Virus record (IMG/VR): IMGVR_UViG_3300034119_000891
Source: an uncultured virus (IMG/VR IMGVR_UViG_3300034119_000891)
Lineage: Duplodnaviria; Heunggongvirae; Uroviricota; Caudoviricetes
Length of the DNA: 64,000 bases
Reading direction: 5' to 3' (one strand)
The position numbers and the translations under genes are program-made. How positions within the stretch are numbered: the stretch's first letter is position 1; every line of letters starts with the position of its first letter. Below are positions 1 to 11,660 of this stretch, piece by piece. The notes beneath the pieces were generated by a model that saw nothing but the letters and a program-made list of their open reading frames with translations, was not told where the DNA came from and did no database searches.

Positions 1-9
1 TTATCTTTT

Positions 10-3000
10 TTATTCATATGAGTCTTGTGCAAGAAATCCTACTAATTTATGATTAAACAAAAAACCACTAGCATAATGAGTATAAATGCTATCTTTCTTG
101 TTAACTTTGGAAGCCCAAACAATTTCAACTCCATCATGTCTTTTCTCAACTTTTGAGACAAAGATCAATCGGTTTTCTGTTTCGTTATAATAGAAATGTT
201 TTGGTTTGATTTCCATATCATTTGTTTATTATCTTTTCTGCTCGTTCTTTTCGCTCCAAATTATCTACTTCTTCTACGACTTTTGCAACTACTTTCTTCA
301 TTTCTTTTACAGTTTTTCTACTGTTCTTTTTGATTCGCTTTTTGGTTTTACTATCTAACATATTAGTCTTTGATCCATTCTACAGGTACATCAACCCATT
401 TAACTTCTGTTCTAGTAACAACAGAATTCTCAATGATGTTGGTTATCTCTTCTTGCTGGAGAATTAATTTAAGACTACCTTTCTCTTTTTGTCTCCACCG
501 AATCTTTCCAGAATAGGAAATTTGAGAATATACAGAATCCTCTACTTTATGTCTTATGTAAGATGTGTTTGTGTCTTCCATACTATTCATCATCTGTTTT
601 CATTATCTGTTAATACTTGTTCAGATCTCTAAAATAACGATTGACAGATTCTTGTTGCTGTTCTTCTGGTAATTCTAATCGGTGTGCATGACTCCAATTG
701 TCTGCATTCCTAAGCAACCGTTGAAGTCCTTGATCATTCCCACAAGTAAACATCAAATTGATGTTATGTAGAAAATCTTCGTACTGCTTCACCTTTTCTT
801 CGAGAGTGGGTGTTTTGTTTTTCATGATTCTATTCAATTAATTTTACGGTTGTATAACTAACGCTAATGTTTGCTGTTACTCGAAATGCTCCATCACAGA
901 ATTCACAATCATATTCTGCTGGTTCAGAGTCTGGACAATAATCCCAGCTATCTTCATATCTGTGTCCACAATGAGGACACACAATCTTGTCAGTGCTGAA
1001 TGTATCAATTTCCTTCATTGGTGTTATCTAAATGGGCTACTTCGTTTTCAGTGACTTGGATAATTTTAGCAGAAGAAACATCTGCACCCCAAGAAAAAAT
1101 TTCTTTAATTTTTCCTTCAGCTTCTTTTTCTGTAGAAAACTGTACATTTCTATAATAATCATCAATATAAGTCCAAAGTTCCCGTTTATTATTGGACAGT
1201 TGAATAATATAGTAAGTCTTCATGCTACAAAATTAGCTAGGTTCCTGAGGAATGTCAATCTCAAAAAAACCTTCCTTTTTTAGATATTCTTCGATTGATA
1301 AAAATTTAAATTCGTCAATATCATCTATTCCTTGTAGAATTTTTAGAGAATACATATTTTGTGTTGTTAAATTTAAACCAGCATTGTATTGGTTTCCAGT
1401 ATATGTAAAAACTACATTTCTACGCAAATGCATATTAAACCGTTTCTGTAATTCATCTTCATTCATAAATTACAATTTCTCCCAATCTGTAACCCAGCCT
1501 TCCGCTTCCATATAATTAAAAGAGTTTTCTAAAACTTTATCTAAATCTTCTTCCAAGGAAGATCTATCAAAATCTTTTTCATTATCAAGTTTTTGTAATT
1601 GATTGGTAATTAATCCAACCAAAACTTTAGCTATTTGTTTTTCGTTTATATTCATTTTCTACTTCTAAAACATACCATTTAGTGATAAATGTTTTGGTAA
1701 CTACTTTAAATTTCATGCTACAAAATTAGCTAGGTTCCTGAGGAATGTCAACGGTAATCACATCATGATGCTCTCTTTTGATTTGAACAAACACTAATCG
1801 TGCCTTGATATATCCTTCTTCTTTTAGACGATATTCAAAATTCTTAAAATATTCCTTAGCATCTTCTAACTTTCTAAAATGGAATTTGGGATCTTCGTAG
1901 TAGCCAAAACACCCATTCCATCTCTTAACTTCCTCAAATACGTCATCTTCTTTCTTTTTGCCTTCAATGACAAAATAATAATTGTATGGAATGTTAAATT
2001 CAGCCATATTACTTCTTCGACCAGTCCCAGTTCTTACAGAATTCTTTAATAAACTTTACATAAGGTGTCTCTGGTCCATCCCATTCTCCTGTACACATCT
2101 TACGCCAATTTTCTTCAATTTCAACCCATTTTTCTTCAGTAGGAGGTCTGTCGATGCTTTTTTTGATGTAGTCCATTTCAGATTTAACGAAATCTAATTG
2201 GTCTTTAATAATATCTTCATCAGTTTTATTATTAATATTCTGTGGTTCTAATGTTTCAAACGACGGAATTGTATTAGCATAAAGAATTATTTTACGTTTA
2301 ATATGACCAATTTCTCCCTTCCAAAAATTTGGTTCATTCAATGCAAATTTTAGTGATTCTTCATCCATCAATCCAATCAACTCTTTAATAGATTTAATAA
2401 CTTGAAATTCCTTTGAAGAAATTTCTTGGAGCTTTAACTCCATTTTTAACTCTTCATTAAATTCTTCTAGAGTTTTGCAATCAGTGTACTTAAAAGAAAA
2501 TCCTTCACTATCTTTGTGGAACTTCTGAAAAGTTTCAGTATCAACAACTTTAGCTACAAATTTTGTTTGACATTCAATATCAAATTTACTAGTCGTATTA
2601 TATTCTGGAGGGTTGATGGTAAATAAAATTTCAAGACCTACATGAGATTCATCTCTGGGTTCTTTTTCAAATCTAAAATAATTAACAAGAGATCGTTTAA
2701 ATTCTGCTTTATTGTTAAATAAAATATTTTCTTTCTTGTGTTTATTAGTTTTGTTCATGTTAATCTAAGTAATATTTTTTTGTATAATAATAGTACACTC
2801 CAACTAATGTTACTACAACACCAATAAAAAATCCAACAAAAACATTAGCCATATTACAATTCCCAGATTTCTTTTCCGTCTCTATCCAATCCAACAATCC
2901 GCACATCAATTCCCAATTCCTGAAAGACTGCTAACCAAGCATTATCTTCACAAGGACTACGATGTACAAATTTTCCGTTTACATACCATTCATAGCCGCT

Positions 3001-3069
3001 TTCATCACAGCAACCATCACCACATTCATATTCGTAATATTTTTTAGAGATTTTGTGTTTCATATCCAA
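10..3069 (-). CDS. Cluster of about 10 small hypothetical phage ORFs (10-216, 363-593, 610-837, 830-1018 Zn-ribbon, 1005-1223, 1233-1466, 1470-1655, 1726-2007, 2009-2758, 2854-3069)
   Basis: Tightly packed or overlapping same-strand ORFs; 830-1018 has CPHC...CEFC. Confidence 0.7.
1219..1258 (-). promoter_or_regulatory. sigma70-type promoter cassette, copy 1 (40-bp exact repeat)
   Basis: Minus strand TTGACA-N17-TAATTT-N6-ATG(1223); identical to 1712-1751. Confidence 0.75.
1712..1751 (-). promoter_or_regulatory. sigma70-type promoter cassette, copy 2
   Basis: Same 40 bp as 1219-1258; ATG at 1716 opens a 29-aa ORF (1627-1716). Confidence 0.75.
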
Positions 3070-3425
3070 TTAGGAAAACTAACTCTATTGCTTCTCTCTT
3101 CTAATCTATAGTCAATTGTTAATTCTTCTCCTGCTTCAATATCTCTAGCAGCAGTGATGTATTTTTCTTTGATATGCCAATTAGTGTTTGGTGTTCTACT
3201 GTGGTTCATATAATTTAGATCATAAATGATATCTGTAGTTTCACATATATCATCCTCAATCATTATAATCCAATTATGATTAATTTGATATTCTGTTAAT
3301 TTACTAACTTCAATTTGATACCAATCTTCAATGTGTCTATAATCAACAACTATAGTACCTTTAGAAACTGGAGCACCAACAAATAAACCGTAACCTTGTA
3401 TTTTAGATGCTCCAATATATTTCAT
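3060..3425 (-). CDS. SET-domain protein (putative lysine methyltransferase)
   Basis: SKIQGYGLF, YMNHSRTPN and AARDIEAGEELTIDY are the canonical SET motifs. Confidence 0.9.
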   Translation of the reverse strand: MKYIGASKIQGYGLFVGAPVSKGTIVVDYRHIEDWYQIEVSKLTEYQINHNWIIMIEDDICETTDIIYDLNYMNHSRTPNTNWHIKEKYITAARDIEAGEELTIDYRLEERSNRVSFPNWI

Positions 3426-3483
3426 ATTATTTTATTATGGATAGAAATTCTTTACCATTCATCCAACTAGACTATTCAAGATT

Positions 3484-3999
3484 TTATTTATGTTTTTCGA
3501 TAAAAAGTTCAATATTTGATTGACATAACAACGGAACATTTTCTTTTATTTTATCGTCATCCCATGTCCACCATGATATTTTAATTAATTCTTCTATTTG
3601 AGATTTATCAAATCTATATTTTATTAGTTTTGCAGGGTTTCCTCCAACTATACTATAAGGTTCTACGTCTTTAACTACATGACTATTACTTGCAATAATA
3701 GAACCTGAACCTATTTTAACTCCAGACATTATAGTTACGTTATCAGCGATCCATACATCATGTCCTATAACAACCCCTCCATTAGTAGATGGATGACCTT
3801 TACCGTCAAACGTATTAAATACATTTTGATGTATATGCCCAAAAGGAAAAGTAGTAACCCAATCTTTTCTATGATTACCACCCAAATATATTGTTAGATT
3901 ACCCGCTATGGAACAAAAAGAACCTACAACCACTAAATCTGATGTTCCCCAAAATAATCGTATATTTTCAACACCATACGTATATTTTCCTACTTTCAT
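3484..3999 (-). CDS. CatB/Vat-related hexapeptide-repeat O-acetyltransferase
   Basis: VGSFCSIA, GGNH...TTFPF, IGHDVWI, VVKDVEPYSIVGGNPAKLIKYRF, WWTW. Confidence 0.9.
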   Translation of the reverse strand: MKVGKYTYGVENIRLFWGTSDLVVVGSFCSIAGNLTIYLGGNHRKDWVTTFPFGHIHQNVFNTFDGKGHPSTNGGVVIGHDVWIADNVTIMSGVKIGSGSIIASNSHVVKDVEPYSIVGGNPAKLIKYRFDKSQIEELIKISWWTWDDDKIKENVPLLCQSNIELFIEKHK

Positions 4000-4021
4000 A
4001 CTTTTGGATATTTAAAGTTTT

Positions 4022-4060
4022 TTTCTTTCAGTTCTTTTAAAGTTATAAATTCATACGCTA
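4022..4060 (+). repeat. 39-bp direct repeat, copy A (copy B at 4630-4668)
   Basis: tttctttcagttcttttaaagtta(t/c)aaattcatacgcta, one mismatch; the two copies flank ORF 4093-4623. Confidence 0.85.
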
Positions 4061-4092
4061 TCCACCCATCATCTCCATTTGTGTGAGAGATT

Positions 4093-6457
4093 TTATGTGT
4101 TCATTGAAAAATTTTTCCCACCCATCTCCATCAAAGATCCTAACCTAGATTTGAAAAATATATGATGACCCTCTATATCATAAACTTCTAGATTAGCAAC
4201 TAAAAAATTAACATTAGCATTACACTCTTTAATAAAGTCGATGACGTATTTTGAGTCTTTTATTTTTGTTGTACCATCAAACAAAGAAAATAACTTTTTA
4301 TAGTTGTTATCTGGTGTAATATTAAATTGAAGCATTTTTTCTTCTAATTGTGCAATATTTGCTAAAATATCTAGCAAAGCAATTCGATTAAATTCATTTT
4401 TCAACGCATCGAATTCCTTTTTAGTAAAATTCTTAGTCATATCAAAATAAATACTGCTGTAAAAAAAAGGAAAATCGACATCTTTTCCATTATAAGATAG
4501 ATGCTTATCGCTTTCCGTTTCATAATAAATGATATGATCATTTAAAAATTCATCAAAGATAGATCTAGCTTTTATTGCTGATTGAATAATCTCATTAATT
4601 TCATTAATTTGATTAATTTTCATTTTTTCTTTCTTTCAGTTCTTTTAAAGTTACAAATTCATACGCTACACTATCCCATGTAGCTCTATCAATACTACGA
4701 ACTTCTTCTGTAGTCAACTCTTTTTCGTGAGTAAAGAAGCTCAAAGAAAATTCCATATCTCCAAACTCTTCTAGATGTGCTCCACACCAGCTAGAAGCCA
4801 AGTGTAACTTAGAGACTGTATATTCCTTTCCAACCTCTAAGTTCTTTTCAGCGTTCTCAACAATATTCTTAAACCAGAACAATTTAGGTGCTCCTTTATA
4901 AGTTACTTTGCTACCAATTCTAGGCCATTGTTTCATGTTATTGTTTATCTAAAAAAACACCCCTCCAAACGTATTGTATAACTTCTGGTGCATCTTCTAT
5001 GAGCTTGAATGTACCTTTGTACAATTGAAGCTTCTCATATGAATAGGTCCAATACAGAACCATATCCTTTTCTTTGGCTTCTGTTAAGATATTTTCTTTA
5101 AGTTCTTCCAAAGAATCAAATGTCCTACTTTCTGCCTCAATAACCTTTTTTTGTTGAACACTTACTGGACCTACCATAAAAGCCTTGGCAGCAGCAATAA
5201 TATCCTCATCATAAAAATTACGATTACAATTACGAACTGGCTCAACAAAATCCTTAATAGTATCTTCCCATTCTTCTCTAGTGTAGTTTTGATCTTCTAG
5301 TTGTGAAAAGATTGCACGTACAGGAGTTTCTAACTTATAATTGATCACATCAAACTTACCTTCTTTATTTAATTTATAAATTTTATCAGACTTAAGCCAT
5401 TCAAGTTCTTCAAATTCGGTTTTGATGGTGTTCAAAAACTCTGTTGCATCATCTTCATTAAAATCTAATTGTTCTTTGTTCATATTTTAATTTAATTTTT
5501 TTTATTTAGTTGCATCAAATAATTTTCAACCTTCTCCTCACCATATCTCTCAATAGCATGTTCTTTACAAAGAGTCTTGTGCCATCCTATTGTATATGTT
5601 GTACCAACATTACCACACTTCTCACAAGTAACTTCACTCATGGATTCGGCATATGATGCAATGTCGTAATCAGATTCTTTACCAACATCTAAATAGAATC
5701 GAAGCGTGCTAAATTTTTCCTTGATTTGAGCAATCTTCGGAAGTTCTGCTTCCATTACTTCCATCTTATCCATCAAATCATTTAAAAACTTTTGTCTATC
5801 TTCAATAATTTCTTCGTCAGTTTTACCCTTCTCATATTGTCTAGTTTGCTCTAAAAATTTTTCTTTATTTTCTAATCTCTCTTTCCAATAGTTTACTGAA
5901 TTTTTTGTAGAACGATACCTGCTATACATCGTAGCACATGCCTTTTCTATAATATCATACCAACCGATATCGCACTCGAAAGAAAATAAACTAATTGGTT
6001 CTTGTGAATCCTCTTCTTGAGGAAAAAGAAGAGGATATTTTTTAATAATGTCTTTATAGTCTTTCATAAATAATTACCACCAGCTTGTATAATATATCGC
6101 ACTACCAAGTGCAATAGCTTTTTTTGCTTTGTACACGAATTCGATATCTTGTTCTTTACAATACGAATCATAATCGTTATCACCAAAAAAGAATCCAGAC
6201 TTACCAGATAGATTCTCTTTGAGAATATCTTTCTCAAGAGCTTCTAGATCTTCGAGAGTAAGCCTCAAGTTAACACAATTAAAACTTTCTGCTGTACCAC
6301 CCTTCTTTCGGTACAATGCTTCCATCCAATTATGCAAATGACGATTCTTCCTCCAATATTGGAGTTCTATCGAATTCGTGAACTTATCACTTTTGTAATT
6401 GAAATCATCCACAACCATTGATGGACTCACTTCGTATGCGTACATGTCTAATCCCAT
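4093..6457 (-). CDS. Hypothetical phage ORFs 4093-4623, 4613-4936, 4938-5483, 5492-6067 (QIKEKF..LRFY + CxxC), 6074-6457 (MGLDMY type)
   Basis: Contiguous ORFs; the last two carry motifs seen in common phage hypothetical proteins. Confidence 0.7.
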
Positions 6458-6487
6458 ATAGTATTATATTTAAATTATTTTAAAAAG

Positions 6488-6522
6488 AAAACGTGGCAAT
6501 CTTTATTAGAGATTACCACGTT
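6488..6522 (-). terminator. Probable intrinsic terminator
   Basis: aacgtgg..aatct / agatt..ccacgtt hairpin followed by a U-tract on the minus strand, downstream of ORF 6541-7557. Confidence 0.6.
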
Positions 6523-6540
6523 CTTACTAAATGTCAACTA

Positions 6541-7557
6541 CTAAATCAAGACACCATTTTCATATGTACCATTTTCATACGTACCATTTGCTAAAATGGC
6601 TGAACCTGATTCATAAGTATACCACTTATTATCATCCCATGCTTGAGTTGGAGTAGGATTATTACCGCTAGTATTTAGTTCTCCATTCCAGAATGCTCCA
6701 TTGCTATAATCAGCACTGTGAGCATAATAATGAGCTTGTTCTGCAACTCCAGATTCATATGAATACCATTTACCATCATCAGTTGCTTTCTGAGGTGTTC
6801 GTTTAGTATAATTCGTGTCTAAAACACCATCTTTAAAGTATCCATCACTATATGGTCCATTCTTTCCCGAACCTGTGCTTTCTGTATCCGTTCCAGAACC
6901 AGTATTTTCAGATCCACTACTTTCCGAACTAATACCATCAAGAGCTTCGTCAATTTCAGACATAGCTTCTTCCATTTCGGATTTGATTTTTCCTTTTGCA
7001 ATTTCAAGTGCGGCTTTCACTTCATCTGTGGTATCAGACAAGATTACAATTTGATTTTGCTTGTCCTTAAGCTCAGACAACAATCCAGATACCTTATTGT
7101 TTAGTTCTACAATTTGATTTTGTAGTTCAACTACAGATCCCTTTGTAGATTCTAATGCGGTTTTACTATCAGAAATTTGTGCTTTAAGTTCTTCGATATA
7201 TAAATCTTTAGAACCCATCGTAACTTGTAGATGGTCTCTATCGCTACGAATAGAATCTGATAGCATTCTCAATGCTTCTAATTCAGCATTTGTTTTAATG
7301 TCATCGTTATCCTCATCTTTAAGATGTTGAATAAGATTCTCGTATTCCATTCGGAGAGTTCTAATCTGTGATTCTAATTCAGAATTCCTACTACCCAATT
7401 CGGATAGTTCATTCTGAAGAGATTGATATTCTTCTGTTGAATACCATGTAGAAGTATTTGAGATTGCTTCTTGTAGGTAGCCGTTTAATTGAGACAATTT
7501 ATTGCTTTCGGCATTAATTATCTCTTGTAGTATTTGTGTTATTCTAGTGTTGTCCAT
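6541..7557 (-). CDS. Coiled-coil protein with Ser/Gly linker and duplicated C-terminal DDxKWYxYESG repeat
   Basis: Heptad-rich N-terminal ~200 aa; two related C-terminal repeats. Confidence 0.75.
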   Translation of the reverse strand: MDNTRITQILQEIINAESNKLSQLNGYLQEAISNTSTWYSTEEYQSLQNELSELGSRNSELESQIRTLRMEYENLIQHLKDEDNDDIKTNAELEALRMLSDSIRSDRDHLQVTMGSKDLYIEELKAQISDSKTALESTKGSVVELQNQIVELNNKVSGLLSELKDKQNQIVILSDTTDEVKAALEIAKGKIKSEMEEAMSEIDEALDGISSESSGSENTGSGTDTESTGSGKNGPYSDGYFKDGVLDTNYTKRTPQKATDDGKWYSYESGVAEQAHYYAHSADYSNGAFWNGELNTSGNNPTPTQAWDDNKWYTYESGSAILANGTYENGTYENGVLI

Positions 7558-7560
7558 AGA

Positions 7561-8196
7561 TTAATTATATTTGTTATTTACGTTTGCGCTTTTGTATGCT
7601 TGTTTGCGTAGTTTGTCTTTAAATTTATAATAGCTTCTCGTATACTTTTGTAAAGTCCATTCTATCTTTTGTAGAAAATTATACAACTTCATTTCCCATG
7701 TAGCTTCTAATTTGTCGTGTTCTTCCCGAAGTTTTTTATGTCTAATACTGATCACTTCTAAAGATTCTCTTTCTAGTTTCTCAAGAAAAATAGAATCTAA
7801 ATTACCATCAACGATAATACATTTAAACTCTAAAGATACTGCATCGGTTTCTGTATTAAAGTAATCGTAAAAAGATACACAAGTAGTGATACACTCTTTG
7901 TATAATTCTGGTTCTACTTCTTTCTTTTTTTGTTGTTCAATCTTTTCAAGTTGATCTTTGAATTGAACCTTCCATTCTTTATGCAAGAATGTTTCTCTTT
8001 GTAAGAGAAGTTGACCATCTTTTAGATAATAAGAATACAATAGATTTTCTAAATCTTTTGTTTGAAAAGAATAAAACGGTTGATTCTTATCATCGTTTAA
8101 ATACGAAATTTCTAGATGTTCTTTAATATCCTCTTCATCTTGAATCAAAGGATCAAGAATAGATTGTTGCACATAGAAACCATCAAACATTCCCAT
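7561..8196 (-). CDS. MGMFD-type hypothetical phage protein (paralog of 41958-42527)
   Basis: Both share MGMFD...FQTKxLxN.L..Y. Confidence 0.75.
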   Translation of the reverse strand: MGMFDGFYVQQSILDPLIQDEEDIKEHLEISYLNDDKNQPFYSFQTKDLENLLYSYYLKDGQLLLQRETFLHKEWKVQFKDQLEKIEQQKKKEVEPELYKECITTCVSFYDYFNTETDAVSLEFKCIIVDGNLDSIFLEKLERESLEVISIRHKKLREEHDKLEATWEMKLYNFLQKIEWTLQKYTRSYYKFKDKLRKQAYKSANVNNKYN

Positions 8197-8286
8197 AATT
8201 TTATATATTAACAGATTAATTCAAAAAAATCAAATATTTTTTATTTATTTTTAATAAATGTTAACTGTTTAAAGATAAATACTTAT

Positions 8287-8373
8287 ATGGGCAAAGGTGA
8301 ACATACACATAAAAAAGAAAAAAAGAAACCAAAACAAGAGAAGAATATCAAGAAAAAGAAAAAAGGTAAGTAA
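8287..8373 (+). CDS. 28-aa lysine-rich peptide (absent from ORF track)
   Basis: MGKGEHTHKKEKKKPKQEKNIKKKKKGK*, preceded by TAAATA-N5-ATG. Confidence 0.6.
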   Translation: MGKGEHTHKKEKKKPKQEKNIKKKKKGK

Positions 8374-8374
8374 A

Positions 8375-11201
8375 TTACGCTTTTCTAATTTTTGAACAGT
8401 AAGAACATTCTAGTTCTTCTTCGTTCTTTTTAAAGAATACACCCATCTGGCATTCTTTACAATGATCATATTCAGCATCTTCTGTTGCTACGTCAGAAGG
8501 TACTGGTAAGGTTCTAGGACACATTGGTGTAGCATTCACAAATTCATTGAATTTGTTCACTACCTCAACAGGAGGATTAATTTTAATGTTTGAATATGGT
8601 TTCTTCCCATTAACGGTAAGAAGAAGTTGTGCAACATCTCCCATCAATCCAGGCACCAAAACAACAAGACCTGCAACCGAAATCATTAATTTTAAATTTC
8701 TGCTCATATATAATTATTAATTTAAACTAGCATACACTTTACTTCCACGAATGTAAACAATTTTCGCATTTTTTATAGGGGTTTCACTGTGTTGTTCAAC
8801 AAAATCTGAGTACTTATAAGGATCATATTTCACTCTAATTACATCATAAGGGATGTATCTATCTGGTTGTTTTTTCAAATCAATAGTTCCACGAATATAA
8901 GCATGTACGTTTTTGCGTTTTTGACCTAAAACACGTTGCCTACCTTTTTCAGAAACAATAAATTCTACATCATGTACATCAATAGATAAAGTATGATGAA
9001 TTACTTTATTGGTTTCTTTACATTTAACACTTAAACAATTTCTACGTAAATTATAATAAATATCAACTTTCATTAATATGTTCCCAACGCAGTAATAGTC
9101 TGTACAACATCATTTTTCATTTTTGATAACCTAACATTATATGTAGGATTAGAAGTTTTTATTTGTTGGGCAAATGCTTCAGCACTTGCTTGATTTATAC
9201 TATCAGCAGATATTAAAGAATGAACCAACCAATCCGAGCTTGTGCTTAATTTCCATTCGAAAAACCATGATTCACTTGTAGTTGTTGTAACTGTTGCCAT
9301 AATTCTATTTATTTAGTTAATTTAAAATGTCGTTCATTAGTTTATTTGCACCGTACATTTTCAGTTCTTCATTGATCATATTTAGTTTATCACGAAAATA
9401 TTCAGAGTCAATACTTTCAAGTAAAAATTTTATATCGTTACGTTCGCGAATTTTATTTTGAACTTCTATCTCATTCATACTAATTGCTTTTTTAAATTGC
9501 TTTGCACTAAGCATATGATTAAAAATTGTATCTATCCTTAACTTGTTTCCATTTGTTTTCATTCACCACAGTGAATTCGTATCCACTCAATCTGGTAATT
9601 CCTGCGTTTTTATCAAATTTATCTTCTTGAATATATGTTCCTGTAAAATTATATACAGCATCATAGTATTTCTTGGGGTCGATAGAGATAGTTTCTGTTG
9701 ATTTTTTAAGTAGTGTCATCATAAAAGGAAGTTACCTTTCTACTCTAGTTATCGGTAAAATTTCCGATAACTTTAAGAATTTTTTGGTGTTTCTGGTGGG
9801 GGTTCTTCTTTGGCTGGCATTGGTTTACTACGAATATATCTATCAATAATAGGTATACTTTTAAAGCATTCAGATATAATAAATTTTTGGAATTGCGTAA
9901 AAGTTTTTACATCTTTACGCAATTTCATATGTTTATATAAGCTATCCAACATACGTTTGCTGTTCGCACGTTGAATGCTATGATAAATTAATTCTGTAAT
10001 AATTCTATTATGTGACGGCATATTTTATATAGTAATATCCATTCCGTATTTCAATTTAAATAACATCATCTTATTTAAATCTCTACTATAATAGATTACG
10101 TGATCTTTCTTTGTGAGACTTATACGATTTCGATACATACAAAAACCTAAACTACTTAAGAAATCTACGTATGTAGTTTCATCATTATTACGATATGATA
10201 CTATTTCATAATAGTCTTTACCAATTGATTCTACATACTTTCTAAAATCTTCTTGAAGAAGTTCATTAGGTTTTCTAAGTTCTTCTCTTTTAAAGATAAT
10301 TTTATACACTTTCATCAAAAGTAATCTTCATGATCTTCTTGATTGATAAATTCTTCAATTTCTTCTGATGTTCTCATTCTGATTTGACCATTATCAATCA
10401 AAGCAATACCTTCATTAAGAAAATATGACAATCTATTAAAGATTACAACATTCAAAAGATTATCAAAATCATCAATATTATCTGTAATGATTTTCTTAGT
10501 TTCATTCATTGGCATATCCATAAAGATATTTTCAGCCAAAAATCTTTCTTCCAAATCAATTTTAATACCGTTTTGGATAAAATTATCCAAGATACGTTTA
10601 GCGGTGTAGTTTACTAAATTTTCTACTTCAATTTTCATGAGATGTTAGTTGGTTGATTTACACAGAACTTGCTGATACTTACTAATCGGAAGATCTAGAA
10701 GAACCTTTAGAAAAATTTTAAAGTTTCTCACTTAATCCTAACTTTTGATGCTTTGATAATGTTAAGCGTATTATGATTTTGTTTTACTAAATCAGGAAAT
10801 TTTTCACGAAGATCATAATCAATTAAATCCCAACGAACATTTTTATCATTATAAACTATATCTATCTTATGATACCTAGGATGAGTTAAAATTTCATAAT
10901 CACCTATATATTTCGTAAAACTTTTTCTGCAAAGTTCTTTTACGATTTTATTTCTAAGATCTAAATCAATAGAAAAATATTCGTTATATGTATATCCATG
11001 ATACGAACCCCTAGAATTATAATGTGGATATTTCTTTTGTTTAAAACCTAATTTTTTAAAATGACTACCATGAATTGTTCTGATGTCTGTTAATAGAAAT
11101 AGATTAGTAAAAAGAAATCTTCTAGCAGGTGGTGAACCTGTTTTAATTGTGTGAATTAAAATTTTTTTCTTATAATCATCTAATATCTGTTTTTGGTCCA
11201 T
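8375..11201 (-). CDS. Small hypothetical ORFs (8375-8707, 8717-9073, 9073-9300, 9317-9562, 9519-9722, 9773-10021, 10025-10318, 10315-10638, 10728-11201)
   Basis: Packed same-strand ORFs; 8717-9073 has a common phage motif (YYNL...GRQRVL..KRKNVHAY). Confidence 0.7.
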
Positions 11202-11230
11202 AAGTATATTACTAATAGTTTATAAAAAAG

Positions 11231-11653
11231 TGGTGGAGGTGAGGGCATCGAAGCCCTGTCCTACATCTAATTAATAACCAACTACTTACATGCTTAGATA
11301 CGTTCGACATTTGATGCCTACAGGTTGTCATGGTGTATCACCTACTTTTTAAGGCTACCTGCTGGCGCGAAGTCTACCAGCTACTCTCGGCTTTTTTCTC
11401 AGGGCTTCACGATCTTACCCTACCCGTTGCGATTTACAGAAGTTTTAACGGAGTCCGCTTCTGTTTCTTAGGCAGCCATTGCATACTCATCTTCAGCGAG
11501 GAACTCGTCCACGTTGTTGATGATGTATGTTGCTTCTGCTAAGAGTGCGTCAGTATTATCTTCGGCGTTTTTGTTTTTGAATTGTTTTAATGGTCAATCC
11601 TACCCATTGCATGTTAGTTACAAACTTCGATACAGTCGAATCCTTGCACCCCC
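11231..11653 (-). ncRNA. ssrA: tmRNA
   Basis: 5' GGGGGUGCAAGGAUUCGAC; 3' CACCUCCACCA with a G3:U70 pair; tag ORF 11566-11468 AEDNTDALLAEATYIINNVDEFLAEDEYAMAA*. Confidence 0.95.
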
Positions 11654-11660
11654 ATAAAAG

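Noticed and set aside
1228..1235. Bacteroidetes-type TAnnTTTG promoter as a host clue
   Set aside because: Matches only this duplicated cassette; a canonical TTGACA at 17-nt spacing explains it, and the other promoters lack the motif.
3484..3999. Antibiotic-resistance gene (cat/vat)
   Set aside because: Family motifs alone do not give the substrate; sugar O-acetylation is equally plausible.
11330..11542. 70-aa plus-strand ORF
   Set aside because: Antisense to the tmRNA; a shadow ORF.
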